Assembly: GCA_965116905.1 (NCBI GenBank)
Contig: OZ220732.1
Location: forward strand, 3,264,001 to 3,328,000
DNA length: 64,000 nucleotides
Reading direction: 5' to 3'
DNA from: Longimicrobiales bacterium
Lineage (GTDB): Bacteria; Gemmatimonadota; Gemmatimonadetes; Longimicrobiales; Gaopeijiaceae
In this document: in pieces, positions 50,058-59,124 of the stretch
How positions within the stretch are numbered: the first letter of the stretch is position 1
Layout: each line of letters begins with the position of its first letter
Made by a program: the position numbers and the translations under genes
The notes under the pieces: model-generated
Seen by the model: the letters and a program-made list of their open reading frames with translations, nothing else
What the model was told of the DNA's origin: nothing
Databases searched by the model: none

Positions 50058-50393
50058 CTATCCGAGGAAGAGGCCGAGCACGAGGTTCGCAAGCGCGAGC
50101 GTTACCGACCCGACGAGTGCCGAGCGGAAGTTCCTGACCTCCATCCCCCGGATCACGGAACCCGTCACCATGAGCGCGACGGCGTTGATCACCAGCAGAG
50201 CGGGAATCATGAGGATGCCGAGCGACGGCATGAACCCGCGCGCAATCCAGACCAGCACGAAGTTGACCAGCCCAAGCACCAGTGTTCCGAACAGCGCCGC
50301 CTTGGCGTCGCGCACGCTGATTCCCTCGACCATCCTGCCCACCAGGAAAAGAGCGGCGGCGTTGGCCAGCATATGGATTACGAATCCCAGCAT
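50058..50393 (-). CDS. Small 4-TM membrane protein (phage holin family 4_2/YvlD-like)
   Basis: LANAAALF, GISV, LGLVN, INAVAL; GGAGGG RBS. Confidence 0.75.
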   Translation of the reverse strand: MLGFVIHMLANAAALFLVGRMVEGISVRDAKAALFGTLVLGLVNFVLVWIARGFMPSLGILMIPALLVINAVALMVTGSVIRGMEVRNFRSALVGSVTLALANLVLGLFLG

Positions 50394-50481
50394 GTTGTCC
50401 CTCCGTGTGGTCCTGCCCGTCCTGTCCCGTGCTCCTGCACCTCATCTCCATGTGCCCCTACGTGCCGCGGCGCCGGAAGGT

Positions 50482-53400
50482 TCACCGATCCCGCGGTTCG
50501 CCTCCCTGCCCGGGTTCCGGGCTTCGCTCCAGAAGCGCCGGCGCTTCGTGAACCCGGCCTCCAAGGATCACGGCCCGGAGGTCCCGCAACGCCCGGATAT
50601 CGTGCGTGGGATCCTCGCCGATCACGATCAGGTCGGCAATGGCGCCGGGAGCGACAACCCCCAGGCGGCCCTCCTGGCCCAGGGCCTCGCCCGACGCCGA
50701 GGTCGTCGCCCTCAGCACGTCGACGCTCCGCATCTCCCCGTAGCGCACCAGCGCCTCCATCTCCGCGAGGAGGCTGATCCCCGGTGGGTTGATGGGTGCG
50801 TCCGTCCCCATGATGACCCGGCCGCCGGCCTCGACCACCCGGCGAGGCAGCGAGGCCATGTCCCGCACCGGGCGCCGCGCCGCATCCAGATCCGCCGGCC
50901 GCCGCGCCAGCTCCGGGGCCTGCGGGAAGAAGGTCTCGACCCGCGGGTCGTCGAACAGCGAAGGGTCCTCCGCGACAAGAAGGCCGTAGGCACCGTAGAT
51001 CCCGACCGTGGGCGCCATCGTCATGCCGGAGGCCGCGAGGAGCGCGACCACGTCGCCGTAGCTGCGCGACAGCTCCGAGATCTTCGTCGAATAGCCGCGC
51101 CGGCTCGTGCCCCGGACATGTTCGACGCCGTCCGCGCCGAACGCCACCGCGGGATACAACCCATGGGAGGTAACCGGGACCCCGAGCGTGTGAGCCTCCT
51201 CGATGGCCCGCCTCTGGACGGGATCGGACAGCCGCACGTACGTCTTGACAAGGTCGTAGCCGAGTGCGGCGACGCGGGCCATCTCGAGTTCCAGCTGCGC
51301 CGGGGCACCCAACGCGGGAGCGCCGGGATAGTAGATCCGGCTGCCGTCGATCGTTCCCCCGGTACCGAACCACCTCGGGGCGTTTCGCCTGCCCGACTCT
51401 CCCGCCTCCTTCGCCTCGGCCATCTCCCACGGATCGCACGCCGGGCAGCGCACCGAGGTCACGCCGTAGGACAGCCAGAGACGCCCAATCTGCTCGCCGG
51501 ACGCGAGACCGCCATGCGCGTGCATCTCCATCAGGCCCGGCATTACGACCTCGTCGCCGGCGTCGACCACCCGGGCCGCATTGCGTGCGGGATCGCGGTC
51601 CGCAACCTCGACAATGCGCCCGCCCTCGATGAGAATGTCCACGTCGCGGCGCAGCGTTTCCGATCGTCCGTCCCACATCGCCCCCGCACGGATCAGCAGG
51701 GACTGCGGCGGCGCGGGCCGCGACCACGTCAGGGGGAGCGGAATGTCCTCGACGCTCCCGTCGAGGAGGTCGACGCGCCGGAGACCGTCCGCACCCAGGT
51801 AGACGATGGAACGCGAGTCACCCGTCCAGGTCGGATCGTCGGTCGCTTCGTTGGTGAGACGTCGCGGGCTCGAGGTCGCCGGGTCGCCGTTCACCTCCGT
51901 GGGGACCGCCCACAGCACCCCGCCGGCAACGTAGGCCAGCCACCTGCCGTCGGGTGACCGGATCGGACCGTCGGTCCCGCGTGTGCCGATCGAGGTATGC
52001 GCGGGAAGGTCCAGGAAGCGCTCGTGCTCCTGCGAGAGCGGGGCTGTGTGGGCCCCGTGAACGTGCCCGTTCCACGCCGGAGCCTGCCACGGCCGGAAAG
52101 CCGCCGTGAGTCCGCCGTCCGCGGCCTGCACGGGCTCGATCGGTATCACGACGGCGCGGTTCACACCCTCCCGGAACCTGTCGGCATAGGGTTGGTGAAC
52201 CGACGTGACGATGGATCGTCCGTCCGGGGACCACGACGGCCGGCCCGCGCCGCGCAGACCCGATCTGAGCGTGCGCACCGACCCCGTGGCCAGCTCCGCC
52301 ACGCTGATCCCGACCTGGTAGCCGGAACCCACGAACGCGAGCCGGTTTCCGTCGGGCGCCCATGCCGCCATGGTCGCGCCCGCTCCCTCGGTGACCCGGA
52401 CGGTGCTGCCGTCGGCCATGCGCCGGATGTACAGGTCGGTTCGCCCGTCGCGGTCCGACGAGAAGGCCAGCCGCGAGCCGTCCGGAGACCATGCCGGATC
52501 GATCTCGATCCAGGGGTCGTCGGTCAGCTGCTCCGTGCCGCCGCCGATGCTGTGCACCCACAGGTCGCCGCGCGCCGAGAAGGCGATGCGGCTGCCGTCG
52601 GGCGACACGGCCGGCGACACGATGCCGCGCACCGGGAAGGTCCCCGGTGTGTCGAGATCGCGCAGGCGCCGCTCATATGGCGTGCGGTCCAGCGTCACGG
52701 TGCCCGTGAAGGGAATGTCCGCGAGGCCGCTGCCGTCGTAGCCGCGGCGGCGGACGAGGCCGTCGGCGGTGTAGACGAAGCCGCGCGTGGTGGCCGAGAC
52801 GCGGAACGGGAACACATCTTCGTCGGCGCCCGTGAGGACCCGCGGCGCGGTCCCGCCGCCCCCATCGTCCCCACCATCCGCGGCGACCACGCGCAGCACC
52901 GACCGTCCCGCGCCGATCTCGTTGTAGATCACCATCGCGCCGCGGGCGTCCCATCCCGGCGCGTTGACCTGCCCGCCATCGGTGCCGGCCACGCGGCGCG
53001 CCGGGCCCCCGCCGCCACCCCACCCCTCCACCACCCAGATCCCGGCCGCGTCTCCGCTCCCCGACGCCGCAAACACCAGGCGGCGGCCGTCCGGTGAGAA
53101 AGTCGGCCCATACTCGCTTCCCGGCGCATCGGTCACCCGGGTCACGGCTCCGTCGTCCACCGCGAGCACCCAGATGTCGTAGCTGCCCATCCGGTCCGAA
53201 CTGAACGCGATCCTGTCGCCGTCCGGGGACCAGTGCGGCTCGCGGTGGTCGTATGGACCGCGCGTGTGCTGGCGCAGCCCGGAACCGTCCGGGGCGACGC
53301 TCCACACGTGGTAGTTGCCGTCCCAGTACGCCTGGAACGCGATGCGCGCCCCGTCCGGCGACCACGACGGCTGGCGGGCGTCACCCACCGGGTCGGTGAT

Positions 53401-53658
53401 CGGCTCGGCACGGCCGCCCGCTGCCGGCATCACCCAGATCCGCCCCAGCAGATCGAAGGCGAGCACGGTGCCGTCGGGCGACAGCGCGGCCGCGATGTTC
53501 GTGCCCTCGGTCACCGTCACCTCGATGACCGACCGGGGCGGCTCCTGTGCGTGCAGGCCCCCGGCGGCACCGGCGCGGGCCTGCGCCGGGGCTCCGGGCG
53601 CCAGCGCCGCTGCGGTGGCCATGGCCGCCACCGGCGCCATGGCCGCCACCGCCGCCAT
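50482..53658 (-). CDS. Exported amidohydrolase with N-terminal TolB-like (PD40) beta-propellers
   Basis: Many WSPDG..IAF repeats; MPGLMEMHAH metal motif; VKTY, EH, GTD, GAIADL. Confidence 0.85.
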   Translation of the reverse strand: MAAVAAMAPVAAMATAAALAPGAPAQARAGAAGGLHAQEPPRSVIEVTVTEGTNIAAALSPDGTVLAFDLLGRIWVMPAAGGRAEPITDPVGDARQPSWSPDGARIAFQAYWDGNYHVWSVAPDGSGLRQHTRGPYDHREPHWSPDGDRIAFSSDRMGSYDIWVLAVDDGAVTRVTDAPGSEYGPTFSPDGRRLVFAASGSGDAAGIWVVEGWGGGGGPARRVAGTDGGQVNAPGWDARGAMVIYNEIGAGRSVLRVVAADGGDDGGGGTAPRVLTGADEDVFPFRVSATTRGFVYTADGLVRRRGYDGSGLADIPFTGTVTLDRTPYERRLRDLDTPGTFPVRGIVSPAVSPDGSRIAFSARGDLWVHSIGGGTEQLTDDPWIEIDPAWSPDGSRLAFSSDRDGRTDLYIRRMADGSTVRVTEGAGATMAAWAPDGNRLAFVGSGYQVGISVAELATGSVRTLRSGLRGAGRPSWSPDGRSIVTSVHQPYADRFREGVNRAVVIPIEPVQAADGGLTAAFRPWQAPAWNGHVHGAHTAPLSQEHERFLDLPAHTSIGTRGTDGPIRSPDGRWLAYVAGGVLWAVPTEVNGDPATSSPRRLTNEATDDPTWTGDSRSIVYLGADGLRRVDLLDGSVEDIPLPLTWSRPAPPQSLLIRAGAMWDGRSETLRRDVDILIEGGRIVEVADRDPARNAARVVDAGDEVVMPGLMEMHAHGGLASGEQIGRLWLSYGVTSVRCPACDPWEMAEAKEAGESGRRNAPRWFGTGGTIDGSRIYYPGAPALGAPAQLELEMARVAALGYDLVKTYVRLSDPVQRRAIEEAHTLGVPVTSHGLYPAVAFGADGVEHVRGTSRRGYSTKISELSRSYGDVVALLAASGMTMAPTVGIYGAYGLLVAEDPSLFDDPRVETFFPQAPELARRPADLDAARRPVRDMASLPRRVVEAGGRVIMGTDAPINPPGISLLAEMEALVRYGEMRSVDVLRATTSASGEALGQEGRLGVVAPGAIADLIVIGEDPTHDIRALRDLRAVILGGRVHEAPALLERSPEPGQGGEPRDR

Positions 53659-53660
53659 CG

Positions 53661-54380
53661 CTACCTCCCCTCGATCCACGCCACCAGCGCGTCCTGCGGC
53701 ACGATCAGGACATGTCCCTGGGCCGGCAGCACCTCGTGCGTAACCTCCGCGCCCGCCGCCTCAAGGAGCTCGGCCGTCGCCGTCGACCGGTCGACCCAGC
53801 TCCCGTCCTCCTCGCCCACCATCATCCAAACGGGAAGGCCGGCGAACGGCGCCAGCGAGGCACCGCCCTCGTAGCGCCCCGGCATGGCGATGATCCCGCC
53901 CACCCGGTCGGGCACCGCGAGCGCCGCGTGAAAGACCCCCACGCCGCCCGCCGAGGCGCCGGTCATCACGATGTCGTTCGCAGCTCCCACGAAGTTCGCG
54001 TCGATCCATTCCAGAACGGCGGCCATCACGTACTCGCCGCCGTCCGACATGCCCGGACCGTACACCTCCACGCCCACGACCGCGTACCCCGCCGCCGGCG
54101 CCGCGACGTCCCAGTAGGAGTCGATCAGGCTGAGCAACAGGTCCGAGTCGCCCCTGCCCCACGGGAACGCCAGCACCACGCCCCTCGCCGCCACCGAAGG
54201 GCGGATGACCGCGATGTTGACCGGCTCGCCCAGGGCCGTCGTGAGCGGAACCCACTCCAGCGTCACGGGCGCCTGGGGCCGGACCGGATTGTCGGCACCG
54301 CACGCAAGCAGGAGCATCGCAAACGACACCGCAACGCGGGCGGCGAGGGCCCCGCCCACTCCATTCGCCCATGCGGCCAT
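53661..54380 (-). CDS. Alpha/beta-hydrolase lipoprotein (esterase-like)
   Basis: LLAC lipobox; TGASAGG nucleophile elbow; GEED; QGH. Confidence 0.72.
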   Translation of the reverse strand: MAAWANGVGGALAARVAVSFAMLLLACGADNPVRPQAPVTLEWVPLTTALGEPVNIAVIRPSVAARGVVLAFPWGRGDSDLLLSLIDSYWDVAAPAAGYAVVGVEVYGPGMSDGGEYVMAAVLEWIDANFVGAANDIVMTGASAGGVGVFHAALAVPDRVGGIIAMPGRYEGGASLAPFAGLPVWMMVGEEDGSWVDRSTATAELLEAAGAEVTHEVLPAQGHVLIVPQDALVAWIEGR

Positions 54381-54385
54381 TGCGC

Positions 54386-56788
54386 TTACGGAATCAGGTT
54401 CCGCCTGCCCGTATTCCTGACGATGAAGAGGCCGTCGCCCGTGCTGGTCATGACCACCACGCCGCTCTCGAAGTAGGGATAGTTGCTCCACGAGGCGCCG
54501 CCGTACGGCGAGTTGTCGAAGTACGCGATCTCGACCGGCTCGGTGCGGTTGGTAATGTCCAGAATCCTCAGGCCCGCGCCGTAGTTCGACTGGTACATCA
54601 GATTGTCGCGGATGTAGAGATTGTGGTCGGTGTCCGGCGTCTCGGCGATGTACTCGGCCGCCAGGATGGGCTCATCGAGGTCCTCGACATCCCAGATGAG
54701 CGTGCGGGTACCCTCGACCAGCCCCTGCGGCTCGTCACCCTCGTCGTTCATGTAGAAGAAGCGGTGATCCTCGGTCAGCCATCCCTGGTGCGCGTAGGCG
54801 ACCGCGGGATAGTCCGCCATGGAAACCATGACGGGATTGTCCTTGTCCGTGACGTCGCTGATGCTGAGCGCCGTCTCGTTGGAGCCCAGGCAGATCTCGC
54901 GGCCCCGGTAGTCCTCGTCCGGGCCGTCGTAGACCACGCACTGCGCGTCGTGAGAGTAGCCCGTGCCGCGCCGCCCCGTCTGGCCGTCGAAGAAGCACCC
55001 CGCGAAGGTGGGCACCGAGGGCTCGCTCAGGTCCAGCATGTGCAGGCCGCCGCCGCAGGTCTCGCCGCCCCCGCTGCTCCCGACCACATAGGCGAATCCG
55101 GTCGCTTCGTTGAGCACGATGTTGTGGGCGCTGGCGATGCCGTCGTACAGGAAGTCGGGCTCGAAGGTCACCGGCTCGCCGCGCACCTCGCGCAGGCGCC
55201 GCAGGTCGAACACCTGGACGCCGTGCTGGCCGGCGCCGTCCGCCACGATGTAGGTGTGGTCGTTGTGGACCTTCATGTCACGCCACACGCTGCTGAACGA
55301 GCCGGGCGTCTTGGGCAGATCCCCCAGCATGATCGGGTTGTATGGGTCGGTGAGGTCGACGAAGGCCGTCCCGTCCGTGCGTCCGACGATCGCGATCTCG
55401 CGGCCCGTCTCCGGGTCGGTCCAGCCCCAGAGGTCGTTGAGCCGGGCCCCGCGACCGCCGGCCATCTCCTTGATCGGCAGGAACGAAATGATGTTGACGT
55501 TGTCGCATTCGTAGCCCGCGGCGTCTCCCTCCATGCAGGGGATCTCGTCTTCCAGTCCGACGATGGCCGGGAGCCCCCGGTGGTCGCCGATCACCAGCTC
55601 TCCGCCAGCCCACATCCCGCCGGCCCCGCGCGCCATGATGACCGCTCCGCCGGCTCGGCTGTCGATGCCGCCGGCACCGACCACCGCGACATCGCCGGCG
55701 ACGGCCACCGAGCTGCCGAACGAGGCGTTCTCGGTCAGGTCGTCCCTCGCGGATCGGGTCACGCCTCCCCAGCCGGACGCGCCGTCGCGGTCGAAGCGGT
55801 ATACCGCGCCCATCCGGTTGTTCGCGCCGGGGGCGCCGACCCACAGCTGGTCGCCGTCGAAGCCGAGGGCGGATCCGAACTGGTCCCGTCCCGAGCTGTA
55901 GAACGGCCGCAGCACTCCGCCCGGCACCCATGCACCCGTTTCGCCGTCGAGGCCGAACGTGACCACGGCCCCCGCGCCGCCCGCGGCGCCGGGTGCGCCG
56001 ACCAGGCCGACCGATCCCCGCACCGCCAGCGCGGCTCCGAAGCCATTTCGTTCCCCGAGATCCGCGGCGGGATCGAGTCTGCCCAGGGCTCCGGCCATCC
56101 CGGACATCCCGTCCACGGTAAATCCGTAGACTTCGGTCGGCGCGTCGCGGCTCGCCGCGGTGGTCACAAGGGCGGCCCCGTCAGCGAGCGCCAACCCCGT
56201 CCCGAAGCCCTGTCCGGCCCCTTCCATGGGCAGCACTTCGGTCGAAAGCACCCAGTCTGCACCGCTCCCGGTGAACACGTGAACCGCACCGGCGCCCTCG
56301 TTCGCCCCGGCGGCCGCGACGAGGATCAGGCCCCCGTCGATGGCGACCGCCGACCCGAAACGGGCGTCGTCGCCGAGTCCGTCCGGCGACAGCCGCGCGA
56401 CCTCCGACCACTCGCCCGCCCCGTCCCGCCGGTAGATCATCGCGGCGCCGCGCCCACCGTCCCATCCGGGGGCGCCGATGACGGCCATGGAGCCGTCCGC
56501 ATCCAGCGAGCGGCCGAACCCGTCGGGCGGCGCATCGATGGCCGAGACGGTCAGCCTGCCCGCTTCGGCCCAGGCGCTGCCCGAGCGGGCGTACACATAC
56601 ACGATGCCGGGCAGCGTCTGGTTGCCGGGCTCTCCGACGAGCACCTGGCCGTCCGCGACGGCGGCGACGCCCCCGAACTGCTGCGCGGCAGCGGGTGGGG
56701 CGGCCACGAGGGCATACGCAAGAGACGAGACGACCGCAAGGCAAAGCGCCGCTGCGGTGGGGAATCGGTGGCGGCAGGGGGAGGTCAT
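54386..56788 (-). CDS. Choice-of-anchor B family protein with N-terminal FG-GAP repeats
   Basis: Repeated FG.S/A....GAPG; NDLWGWTDP, WRDMK, AHNIV, YSHDAQC, YAHQGW, DHNLY, YGAGLR, WSNYPYF. Confidence 0.82.
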   Translation of the reverse strand: MTSPCRHRFPTAAALCLAVVSSLAYALVAAPPAAAQQFGGVAAVADGQVLVGEPGNQTLPGIVYVYARSGSAWAEAGRLTVSAIDAPPDGFGRSLDADGSMAVIGAPGWDGGRGAAMIYRRDGAGEWSEVARLSPDGLGDDARFGSAVAIDGGLILVAAAGANEGAGAVHVFTGSGADWVLSTEVLPMEGAGQGFGTGLALADGAALVTTAASRDAPTEVYGFTVDGMSGMAGALGRLDPAADLGERNGFGAALAVRGSVGLVGAPGAAGGAGAVVTFGLDGETGAWVPGGVLRPFYSSGRDQFGSALGFDGDQLWVGAPGANNRMGAVYRFDRDGASGWGGVTRSARDDLTENASFGSSVAVAGDVAVVGAGGIDSRAGGAVIMARGAGGMWAGGELVIGDHRGLPAIVGLEDEIPCMEGDAAGYECDNVNIISFLPIKEMAGGRGARLNDLWGWTDPETGREIAIVGRTDGTAFVDLTDPYNPIMLGDLPKTPGSFSSVWRDMKVHNDHTYIVADGAGQHGVQVFDLRRLREVRGEPVTFEPDFLYDGIASAHNIVLNEATGFAYVVGSSGGGETCGGGLHMLDLSEPSVPTFAGCFFDGQTGRRGTGYSHDAQCVVYDGPDEDYRGREICLGSNETALSISDVTDKDNPVMVSMADYPAVAYAHQGWLTEDHRFFYMNDEGDEPQGLVEGTRTLIWDVEDLDEPILAAEYIAETPDTDHNLYIRDNLMYQSNYGAGLRILDITNRTEPVEIAYFDNSPYGGASWSNYPYFESGVVVMTSTGDGLFIVRNTGRRNLIP

Positions 56789-56985
56789 GACGTTGTGAAT
56801 CCTTTCACATGCTCGCGTGGGCGACATGCCCGCCCGGAGCGAGCGCCAACTTGAAAACTCGCTGCCAGACAGTATGGCGCAGATTTCAGCCTGCGAACAG
56901 GCCTGCGAAGGACCCCGCCGCGGCAGGCGTCGAGGCGTCCTCCCGAAAAGAGGTCCGCCGCCGCAGGCGTGGCGCGTCCCGCCCG

Positions 56986-58185
56986 CTAGCCGAGCACCCG
57001 TCCCAGATCCTCCCGCAGGTCCTCCGGGTCCTCCAGCCCCACCGACATGCGGAAGATCCCGTCGCCGGCGTAGGCCTGGTAGCTCTCCAGCTGCGCTCCT
57101 TCGAGCCGGAACGAGGTCTCCATCAGCGACGGCGTGTCCATCCAGAAGACGAGGCTGCGGTGATGCCCGAGCGAGACCGCGTAGTGGATCACCTCGAGCT
57201 CGCGGGCCATGCGCTCCGCCACGGTCGCGCCGCCGTCCACCTGAAAGGTCAGCATGCCGGAGAAGTTGTCCATCTGGCGGCGGGCAAGCTCGTGCTGGGG
57301 GTGCGACTGCAGGCCGGGGTAGATCACCCGTGTCACCCGGGGATGATCCTCGAGAAACCTCGCCACGGCCAGCGCGTTCTCTTCGTGAGCGCGCATTCGG
57401 ATCGGAAGGGTGGCCGCACCGCGCAGGATCAGCCAGGCGTTGAACGGCGACAGGACGCCCCCGTAGTGGATCCCGGCCTCGAGCCGCAGCGCCGCGACGT
57501 CCTTTCTGGATCCCAGCACCGCACCGCCCACCGCGTCACCATGTCCACCGATGTACTTGGTGAGGGAGTGCATGACGTAGTCGGCGCCCAGCTCGAGGGG
57601 GCGCGTGGCGACGGGCGTGGCGAACGTGGAATCGACGGCAATGCGGACGCCCGGATGCGAAGCCGCGACTTGCGCCACGGCAGCCAGGTCGGTGAGCCGC
57701 ACGATCGGGTTGGCCGGGGTCTCGAGCCAGATCAGCCGCGTTTCCGGCCGCAGCGCCTCCGCAACATTACGGGAATCGGAGGCATCGACGAACGAGACGC
57801 CGATCCCCATCCGCGGCAGGGTGTCGCGCCCCAGCTCCGCCACCCCCGCATAGTTGGTGTCGGACATGATGACGTGGTCGCCGTTTCCAAGCAGCGAGAG
57901 CAGCACCCCCGTCGCCGCGGCCATCCCGGACCCGAAACAGAGGCAGGCCTCGGCACCCTCCAGCGCGCACAGCTTCGCCTCGAGCTGCGCCACGGTCGGA
58001 TTCGACCAGCGCGTGTACAGAAAGCCGGACTCCTCGTCGAGGTCGTGCGCCGAGAAGCCGGCCGCGTCCCGGGTCACGAAGGTCGAGGACATGACCAGGT
58101 TGGGCGCCGACGCTCCGGTGGCGGGATCGGGGGACTCGCCGGCGTGGACGGCCGCGGTGCGGAGGCGGGTGGTGGGCGGCTTCAC
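56986..58185 (-). CDS. Cys/Met metabolism PLP-dependent enzyme (cystathionine gamma-synthase/lyase or methionine gamma-lyase family)
   Basis: YTRWSNPT, FGSGMAA, ETPANP, VDSTFATP, HSLTKYIGGHGD, RMSVGLED. Confidence 0.9.
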   Translation of the reverse strand: MKPPTTRLRTAAVHAGESPDPATGASAPNLVMSSTFVTRDAAGFSAHDLDEESGFLYTRWSNPTVAQLEAKLCALEGAEACLCFGSGMAAATGVLLSLLGNGDHVIMSDTNYAGVAELGRDTLPRMGIGVSFVDASDSRNVAEALRPETRLIWLETPANPIVRLTDLAAVAQVAASHPGVRIAVDSTFATPVATRPLELGADYVMHSLTKYIGGHGDAVGGAVLGSRKDVAALRLEAGIHYGGVLSPFNAWLILRGAATLPIRMRAHEENALAVARFLEDHPRVTRVIYPGLQSHPQHELARRQMDNFSGMLTFQVDGGATVAERMARELEVIHYAVSLGHHRSLVFWMDTPSLMETSFRLEGAQLESYQAYAGDGIFRMSVGLEDPEDLREDLGRVLG

Positions 58186-58643
58186 TCTCCGCCGCTCCAC
58201 CGGTGGCGCCCGGAGCCGGCACCGGACGCACCACGTCTTGAGTCCGCAGCTCGGGGAACGCGGATCAGGTCGACATCGTACGCCGCGAGGATCCGATCGG
58301 CCGTGACCAGGGTCAGTCTCTCCAGCCGCGCCTGCGCCACCAGCATGCGATCGAACGGATCGCGGTGGTGAGGAGGCAGGGCGGAAGCCTCCAGCGCGTG
58401 GGCGTGCGACATGGACAGCTCCCGCGTGCCACTCCTCCGCATCCCTTCCCGCACATGGTTCCCGGGTGATTCAGGGAGCTCGATACGGCCGGCGGCGTGC
58501 TTGACTGCGAGCTCCCACGCACTCGCCGCGGAGAGGAAGAGGTCGACCGAACGATCGGCAAGGGTATCCAGCAACTCCGCCGGAAAACGCTCTGGAGTTG
58601 TCTGGAGCCAGAGCCAGCAGCGTGTGTCGAGGAGGTAGCTCAC
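58182..58643 (-). CDS. vapC: VapC-type PIN-domain toxin
   Basis: YLLDT, SAASAWE, HHRDPFDRMLVAQA, LVTAD. Confidence 0.88.
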   Translation of the reverse strand: MSYLLDTRCWLWLQTTPERFPAELLDTLADRSVDLFLSAASAWELAVKHAAGRIELPESPGNHVREGMRRSGTRELSMSHAHALEASALPPHHRDPFDRMLVAQARLERLTLVTADRILAAYDVDLIRVPRAADSRRGASGAGSGRHRWSGGE

Positions 58644-58873
58644 TCGCCACCCTCATAGGCCCGCTGCTGTTCCTCATCAAGTGGCGCGTCGAAGTCTTCC
58701 GGCACCTCGTAGCGTCCCCGGTCCTGGCCGAATACGCGGCGGCTCCCGAAGACCGGGGACAGCCGCGCGACAGGCAGTCCGGAACGCGTGATCACCACAT
58801 CCTCGCCGGCTTCCGCCCTGCGAAGCAGACGGGAAAGGTGGGTCTTGGCCCGGTGAACGCTGTAGTGGCTCAT
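58640..58873 (-). CDS. Phd/YefM-family antitoxin
   Basis: AKTHLSRLL..AEAGEDVVITRSG.PVARL, VPEDFDAPL; ATGA overlap with vapC. Confidence 0.88.
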   Translation of the reverse strand: MSHYSVHRAKTHLSRLLRRAEAGEDVVITRSGLPVARLSPVFGSRRVFGQDRGRYEVPEDFDAPLDEEQQRAYEGGE

Positions 58874-58880
58874 GCCCAGG

Positions 58881-58910
58881 AAGGTAGACTAACCCCATGA
58901 CTAAGGTCAA
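58881..58910 (-). promoter_or_regulatory. Sigma-70-type promoter of the TA operon with direct-repeat operator candidate
   Basis: Minus strand TTGACC-N18-TACCTT, 7 nt before ATG; spacer holds TTAGTC twice. Confidence 0.6.
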
Positions 58911-58936
58911 TTGCAGATGGGCGGGAGCCACTATGG

Positions 58937-59056
58937 GACCGGCGCACACGGGCGACCGGCGCACACGGGCGACCGGCGCACACGGGCGACCGGCGCACAC
59001 GGGCGACCGGCGCACACCGGCGACCGACGCGCACCATCGGACCGGCGCACACCCGG
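58937..59056. repeat. 17-bp tandem repeat array (GACCGGCGCACACGGGC), 4 perfect and 3 degenerate copies
   Basis: Units start at 58937, 58954, 58971, 58988, 59005, 59022, 59040. Confidence 0.92.
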
Positions 59057-59124
59057 TTGCCCGGGGGCGACCCGGTGGAGTACCGTTCGGCGGCCCCCGT
59101 GCACCACTTCCCCCACGAGCTGAC

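Noticed and set aside
50058..50393. Prophage lysis cassette
   Set aside because: Lone holin-family membrane protein with no endolysin or phage genes nearby.
58937..59056. Possible CRISPR array
   Set aside because: Head-to-tail 17-bp units with no unique spacers and no cas genes in the window.
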